Source of the DNA: Octopus sinensis
Taxonomy: Eukaryota
Assembly (NCBI RefSeq): GCF_006345805.1
Contig: NW_021826131.1
Coordinates: 1 to 13,319, forward strand
Length of the DNA stretch: 13,319 bases
Direction: 5' to 3'
Each line of letters starts with the position of its first letter. Positions within the stretch are counted from its first letter, which is position 1. The notes beneath the pieces were generated by a model. It was not told the DNA's origin, did not search any database, and was given only the letters and a program-made list of their open reading frames with translations. The position numbers and the translations under genes are program-made. Shown here piece by piece: positions 7,915-13,319 of the stretch.

Positions 7915-8091
7915 CACACACATACACAAACATAATTCATATACACATTAATATGTCTAAATTCTATACAAACAGACATACATTTTATGTTATACTGTGT
8001 CCCTTGGCATGGCCTGGTGGTGGTTTTTTTTCTTTTCGTCAACATGTGTCTCTGTCGGAAACAAGCCTCCTCCTGCTCCTCCTCCGCATTG

Positions 8092-8096
8092 TCATC

Positions 8097-8127
<31 letters not shown>

Positions 8128-8167
8128 CCATCATCATCACCATCATCATCATCATCACCATCATCAC
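8092..8167. repeat. (CAT)n/(CAC) microsatellite
   Basis: Directly visible. Confidence 0.95.
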
Positions 8168-8233
8168 GGTTATTCAAGGAACATAATCGTTTGGTTTCTC
8201 TTTCCCTACCTTGTGCTGTTGCTTGTGCTGCAG

Positions 8234-8301
8234 CTGCTACTACTACAACTACCACCACCACCACCACCACCACTACTACTACTATTACTACTACCGCCAC
8301 A

Positions 8302-8343
<42 letters not shown>

Positions 8344-8879
8344 GCTACTGCTACTACTACTACTACTACTACCACTACTACTACCACCACAACTACTGCT
8401 GCTGCTACTGATGCTGCACGACCATACCCTTCACTACCACCAGCACTGCCACCACCATTTCCACCTCCACCGCCATCGCCGACGCTACTACAACAACAAC
8501 AACAACAACAACAACTACTACTACTACTACTAATAATAATAATAATACTGCTACTGCTGCTGCTGCATGACCACCACTACCACAACAACCCCACCACTAC
8601 CACCAGCACTGCCACCACCACCACCTCAACTTCCATCGCTGACGCTACTACAACTACTACTACTACTACTACTACTAATAATAATACTACTACTACTGCT
8701 ACTACTGCTACTGCTGCACGACCACCACAACAATCCGACCACTACCACCACCACCAGCACTGCCACCACCACCTCGACCTCCATCGCCGACGCTACTACT
8801 ACTACTACAACTACTATCACCACCACCACCACCACTACTACTATCATTTCTTCTACCACCACCACCACCACCACCACTT

Positions 8880-8928
<49 letters not shown>

Positions 8929-8990
8929 GCCACTACTGCTGCTGCACGACCACCACAAAAATCCCACCACTACCACCACCACCACCACCT

Positions 8991-9027
<37 letters not shown>

Positions 9028-9255
9028 CACTACTACTACTGCTACTACTGCTGCTGCACGACCACCACAACAATCCCACCACTACCACCACCATCTCTAC
9101 TACTACTACTACCACTACTACTACTACTACTGCTGCTGCTGCGCCACTACTGCTGCTGCACGACCACCACAACAATCCCACCACTACCACCACCACCTCT
9201 ACTACTACTACCACTGCTACTACTACTACTACCACTACTACTACTACCACTGCTA
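8234..9255. repeat. Compound trinucleotide array (CTA/CCA/CTG/CAA) with ~100-230-bp higher-order units
   Basis: Anchor CTGCA(C/T)GACCA recurs at ~8414, 8563, 8714, 8942, 9054 and 9156. Anchor CCATCGC(C/T)GACGCTACT recurs at ~8473, 8633 and 8781. Confidence 0.9.
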
Positions 9256-9375
9256 ACCAGGTAAGCTACCCTGTTTGCTCAGTGCCAAGCAGAACCACGC
9301 ATAAATCTGCGAACGTTGTTTGTGAAACTGACATCATGTGTTATGTCACACGGGCGGCGGGCGATGGTACCGCAT

Positions 9376-10650
9376 TGTTGTTGTTGCTGTCGTTTTCGTT
9401 GTTGTTGTTGTTGTTGTTGCAGTTGATGGTGGTGACGGTGGTGGTGGTGGTGGTGGTGGTGGTGTGGAGGGGGTGATGACTTTGATAATGACTGTTTGTG
9501 GTGATGGTAGCTGTAGACGTTGATGTTGGTAGTGGCGGTGGCGGCGGTGGTGGTGGTGGAGGTGATAGACTGTAATGGTAATGATGGTGGTGGTGGTGGT
9601 GGTAGTGGTGATAGATTGTAATGGTGATGGTGGTGGTGGTGGTGGTGGTGGTGGCGATGGTGGTGGAGGTGATAGACTGTAATGGTAATGGTGGTGGTGG
9701 TGGTGGTGGTAGTGGTGATAGATTGTAATGGTGATGGTGGTGGTGGTGGTGGTAGTGGTGATAGACTGTAATGGTGATGGTGGTGGTGGTGGTGGTGGTA
9801 GTGGTGATAGATTGTAATGGTGATGGTGGTGGTGGTGGTGGTAGTGGTGATAGACTGTAATGGTGATGGTGGTGGTGGTGGTGGTGGTAGTGGTGATAGA
9901 TTGTAATGGTGATGGTGGTGGTGGTGGTGGTAGTGGTGATAGACTGTAATGGTGATGGTGGTGGTGGTGGCGATGGTGGTGGAGGTGATAGACTGTAATG
10001 GTAATGGTGGTGGTGGTGTGTGGTAGTGGTGATAGATTGTAATGGTGATGGTAGTGGTGGTGGTGGTGGTGGTGGCGATGGCGGTTGTGGTGGTGATAGA
10101 CTGTAATGGTGATGGTGGTGGTGGTGGTAGTGGCAGTGGCGGCGTGTGGTTGGTGGAGGTGATAGACTGTAATGGTAATGGTGGTGGTGGTGGTGGTGGT
10201 GATAGACTGTAATGGTGATGGTGGTGGTGGTGGTGGTGGTAGTGGTGATAGATTGTAATGGTAATGGTGGTGGTGGTGGTGGTGGTGGTGGTGGTGATAG
10301 ACTGTAATGGTGATGGTGGTGGTGGTGGTAGTGGTGATAGATTGTAATGGTAATGGTGGTGGTGGTGGTGGTGGTGGTGGCGATGGTGGTGGTGGTGGTG
10401 ATAGACTGTAATGGTGATGGTGGTGGTGGTAGTGGTAGTGGTGATAGACTGTAATGGTGATGGTGGTGGTGGTGGTGGTAGTGGTGATAGACTGTAATGG
10501 TGATGGTGGTGGTGGTGGTGGTAGTGGTGATAGCCTGTAATGGTAATGGTGGTGGTGGTGGCGATGGTGGTGGAGGTGATAGACTGTAATGGTAATGGTG
10601 GTGGTGGTGGTGGTGGTGGTTGTAGTAGTGGTGGTGGTGTTGGTGGTGGT
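9376..10650. repeat. (TTG)n/(TGG)n array containing a ~48-bp minisatellite
   Basis: Anchor GATAG(A)(C/T)TGTAATGG occurs 22 times between 9564 and ~10592, separated by variable (TGG)n. Confidence 0.92.
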
Positions 10651-10814
10651 GTAGGTAGTTGTTTGTGTTGGTAGTGAATGCGGAGTGATTTATCGAAAAA
10701 CATTGGTTACTGGAATGGAATGGTGGGGTGTTTGGGTGTTAGGGGGAGTTAGGAATAAGACATATTGGAAGGTGGGAGGTAGATTAGATAAAGGGAGAGA
10801 AGGTGAGTGAATGA

Positions 10815-10817
10815 CAG

Positions 10818-10867
<50 letters not shown>

Positions 10868-10895
10868 AGAAAAGAGAGACAGACAGACAGAGAAG
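10815..10895. repeat. (GA)n/(GACA)n microsatellite
   Basis: Directly visible. Confidence 0.9.
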
Positions 10896-10985
10896 GAGAA
10901 ACAGTGCATAGAAATAGACATACACATGAAGAAATTTTGTATACACACATACACACGCACATGTATATACACGTGTGTGAGTACA

Positions 10986-11137
10986 CATGCATACATACAT
11001 ACATACATACATACATACATGCATGCATGCATACATACATACATACATACATACATACATACATGCATGCATACATACATACATACATACATACATACAT
11101 GCATACATACATACATACATACATGCATGCATGCATG

Positions 11138-11168
<31 letters not shown>

Positions 11169-11566
11169 GCATGCATACATACATACATACATACATACAT
11201 ACATACATACATACATGCATGCATGCATGCATGCATACATACATACATACATACATACATACATACATACATGCATACATACATACATGCATGCATACAT
11301 GCATACATGCATGCATACATACATACATGCATGCATACATGCATACATGCATGCATACATACATACATACATGCATGCATGCATGCATACATACATACAT
11401 GCATGCATGCATGCATGCATGCATGCATGCATACATACATACATACATACATATATGCATGCATACATACATGCATGCATACATACATACATACATGCAT
11501 ACATACATGCATACATACATGCATACATACATACATGCATACATACATACATACATACATACATAC
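10986..11566. repeat. (CATA)n/(CATG)n tetranucleotide satellite
   Basis: About 580 bp of CATA with interspersed CATG; source of six MYVC/HTYI ORFs. Confidence 0.97.
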
Positions 11567-12210
11567 TTCACTCCTTTACTTATGTGGGACATGGCCTTTT
11601 TACAAACGTCATGTAAAGGTCCTTGAATGCTTTCATCAGAGATGTCTGAGACACATTTTGAATGTTGGCTGGACCTTAAAAAATTCAGACTTACAGGTCT
11701 TGAGGAAAGCTGATATCTTGAGTATTGAGGCGATGGTGTAAAAGCACCGTATGCGTTGGACTGGACACCTTATTAGAATAAAGGACAGCAGAATCCCAAA
11801 ACGGATGCTACGTGGGAAACTGGTTAGTGGAAAGAGACCCCGGTAGAAACCAAGGCTGAAATTTAAGGACTGTATCAAGTCCTCATTAAGGGTCTGTGAT
11901 ACGCAGGAGACCAATTGGGAGCGTAATACCTGTGATCGCCACAGATGGAGGAAGCAGGTTAAGGAGGGGTCAACACCTTTGAGAGAGCACGTATTCTGCA
12001 TGAAGAATTCAAGTGTGCTGCCCGAAAGCACACTGCTAGTGTAGCGAATGGGGAAAGCTTGGTTCGTAATGTTTGCAGTCGTGTATGCTTGTCAAGAGCA
12101 AGGATCATTAACCACCAACAAAGCCACAAATGCAAAATATAAGTTAGTCCTAGAGCGCACAATGTTCCTCAAGGTCAGAAATGGTCTTCCTCGGTCACGA
12201 GTGGACATCC
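11565..12210 (+). mobile_element. 5'-truncated, decayed RTE/BovB-type LINE (ORF C-terminus, C2H2-like finger, 3' UTR)
   Basis: Translation: TSLLYLCGTWPFYKRHVKVLECFHQRCLRHILNVGW...IEAMV*KHRMRWTGHLIRIKDSRIPKRMLRGKLVSGKRPR*KPRLKFKDCIK...WERNTCDRHRWRKQVKEG, then after a frameshift (~11966-69) VNTFERARI...RNVCSRVCLSRARIINHQQSHKCKI*. This is the RTE-clade post-RT signature (LE.FHQRCLR.IL, RW.GH..R..D.RIPK, W....DR..WR). Premature stops at 11739-41 and 11844-46; terminal stop at 12140-42. Confidence 0.9.
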
Positions 12211-12214
12211 ATTA

Positions 12215-12246
12215 CATATATATATATATATATAAACGGCAAAATG

Positions 12247-12277
<31 letters not shown>

Positions 12278-12576
12278 TTGTGTATGTGTGTGTGTGTGTG
12301 TCCTTTATACAAATCCACAATTTTTCAGTTAGAGGGTGGTCGTGCACATCTTTACATTTCCCCAGTCACCCTGCAAAGCTATTAAAAGATCAATAGAAGT
12401 GGCTTTTTTGTGAATTTTCTATCCAAAACCCAACCAAAATGCCCGAAACTTGATACGCCAATTGAATTCTAGCTAGCTGTATGTGATTGGTTGGAGATTT
12501 GGACAGTACTCGCGTGTATGTGCGCATGCATGCAGCTGTATATGCTAGCACTAGCAACGCCGGATCATAGTGCTAG

Positions 12577-12577
<1 letters not shown>
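12215..12577 (+). mobile_element. Non-autonomous Helitron-like element
   Basis: 5' TATATATAAACGGCAAAATGTC followed by an internal (TG)n tract. The 3' end is CAACGCCGGATCATAGTG-CTAG-T, with terminal CTAG at 12573-76, a T flank and a 9-bp stem CTAGCACTA/TAGTGCTAG (12545-53/12568-76). The 5' TC is not clearly visible. Confidence 0.5.
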
Positions 12578-12612
<35 letters not shown>

Positions 12613-12643
12613 GAGGGAAGAGAGAGAGAGAGAGAGAGAGAGA
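12578..12643. repeat. (TA)n-(GA)n microsatellite
   Basis: Directly visible. Confidence 0.9.
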
Positions 12644-12933
12644 GCAATAAGAAAATGGTGGGGGGGGGGTTAATAGGTGGTATTCATCAACTTTTAGACA
12701 GTATATTATGTCAATTTATTTATTTATTTACTAAAATGACAATTACAACAATATACACACATCTATAACATATTATGCTTTACATATAAAATATATTAAT
12801 ATATAAGGATACCAGTAATTATCAAAATATATAACATACAGGAATAGAAATTGGGAAATAGTGTTAGTGTTATCTAAAGATCATATCGCAGTGACAAGTG
12901 TTGACATATAATATAACGGTAGTAAATAAAGAA

Positions 12934-12966
<33 letters not shown>

Positions 12967-13179
12967 GGCGGCGAGCTGGCAGAATCGTTAGCACGCTGGA
13001 CGAAATGCTTAGCGTCACTACGTTCTGAGTTCAAATTCCGCCGAGGTCGACTTTGCCTTTCATCTTTTCGGGGTCGATAAAATGAGCACCCATGTCAGCT
13101 GTTTTGAAGTCCAGTCCATTATTCGACACAATCCCCCAAAATTTGCTGCCCTTGTGGAAAATTTATTATTATTATTATT
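12967..13179 (+). mobile_element. tRNA-derived SINE family A copy between (ATT)n tracts
   Basis: A box TGGCAGAATCG at 12977-87, B box GTTCAAATTCC at 13029-39, body CCGAGGTCGACTTTGCCTTTCATCTTTTCGGGGTCGATAAAATGAG, tail CCCCCAAAATTTGCTGCCCTTGTGG...ATTATT. (ATT)n at 12933-66 precedes it. Confidence 0.85.
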
Positions 13180-13319
13180 CTATGTTTGATTTTTGCTTTA
13201 TATTTGTACAATTTGGCTCCAAGTTTCACCCAGAGACCTCAAGATACAACAGGTTGGAAGTTTATGTTGTTGTTATGCCTTTTGTGCCATATATTTGTTT
13301 TTTTTATTGGTGTTGTAAC
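13180..13319 (-). mobile_element. Possible 3' UTR of a second TAA-targeting LINE (runs off window)
   Basis: Minus strand ends ...CAAACATAGAATAATAAT against the (ATT)n tract, the same GAATAATAAT junction as the R4/Dong-like element at 4995. No coding sequence lies within the window to confirm it. Confidence 0.3.

Noticed and set aside
9564-10592. CRISPR-like regularly spaced repeats
   Set aside because: Spacers are (TGG)n rather than unique sequence, there are no cas genes, and the context is eukaryotic.
9279-10703. 474-aa Pro/Thr/His-rich ORF resembling a mucin or extensin
   Set aside because: Unit lengths are not multiples of three, so the frame rotates each unit; it stays open only because the strand has no stop triplets.
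10690-11741. Six ORFs of 209-300 aa (MYVC/HTYI repeats)
   Set aside because: CATA/CATG satellite artefacts; only the last ~58 codons of 10926-11741 are meaningful, as LINE remnant.

Overview
Repeat-dense, AT-rich eukaryotic non-coding DNA. The SINE and microsatellite make-up resembles octopus/cephalopod genomes (inferred from recalled repeat families, not checked). No intact protein-coding gene is supported, and nearly all long ORFs in the track are microsatellite artefacts. The window holds about 11 full or partial tRNA-derived SINE copies from three families. It also holds a decayed RTE/BovB-type LINE 3' end (11565-12210), an R4/Dong-like LINE 3' end inside an (ATT)n tract (4995-5213), a ~200-bp foldback element (4313-4513), a Helitron-like element (12215-12577) and large simple and compound satellites. 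The main feature is a 972-bp insertion (6146-7117) flanked by a 9-bp direct repeat (TCCGTACTT). It consists of one inverted partial unit plus ~3.7 tandem ~235-bp units. Each unit carries a minimal type-I hammerhead ribozyme motif of the kind found in Penelope-like elements (CUGAAGA-stem II-GAAACGUU), so it is a candidate retrozyme-like, self-cleaving, possibly circRNA-producing array.
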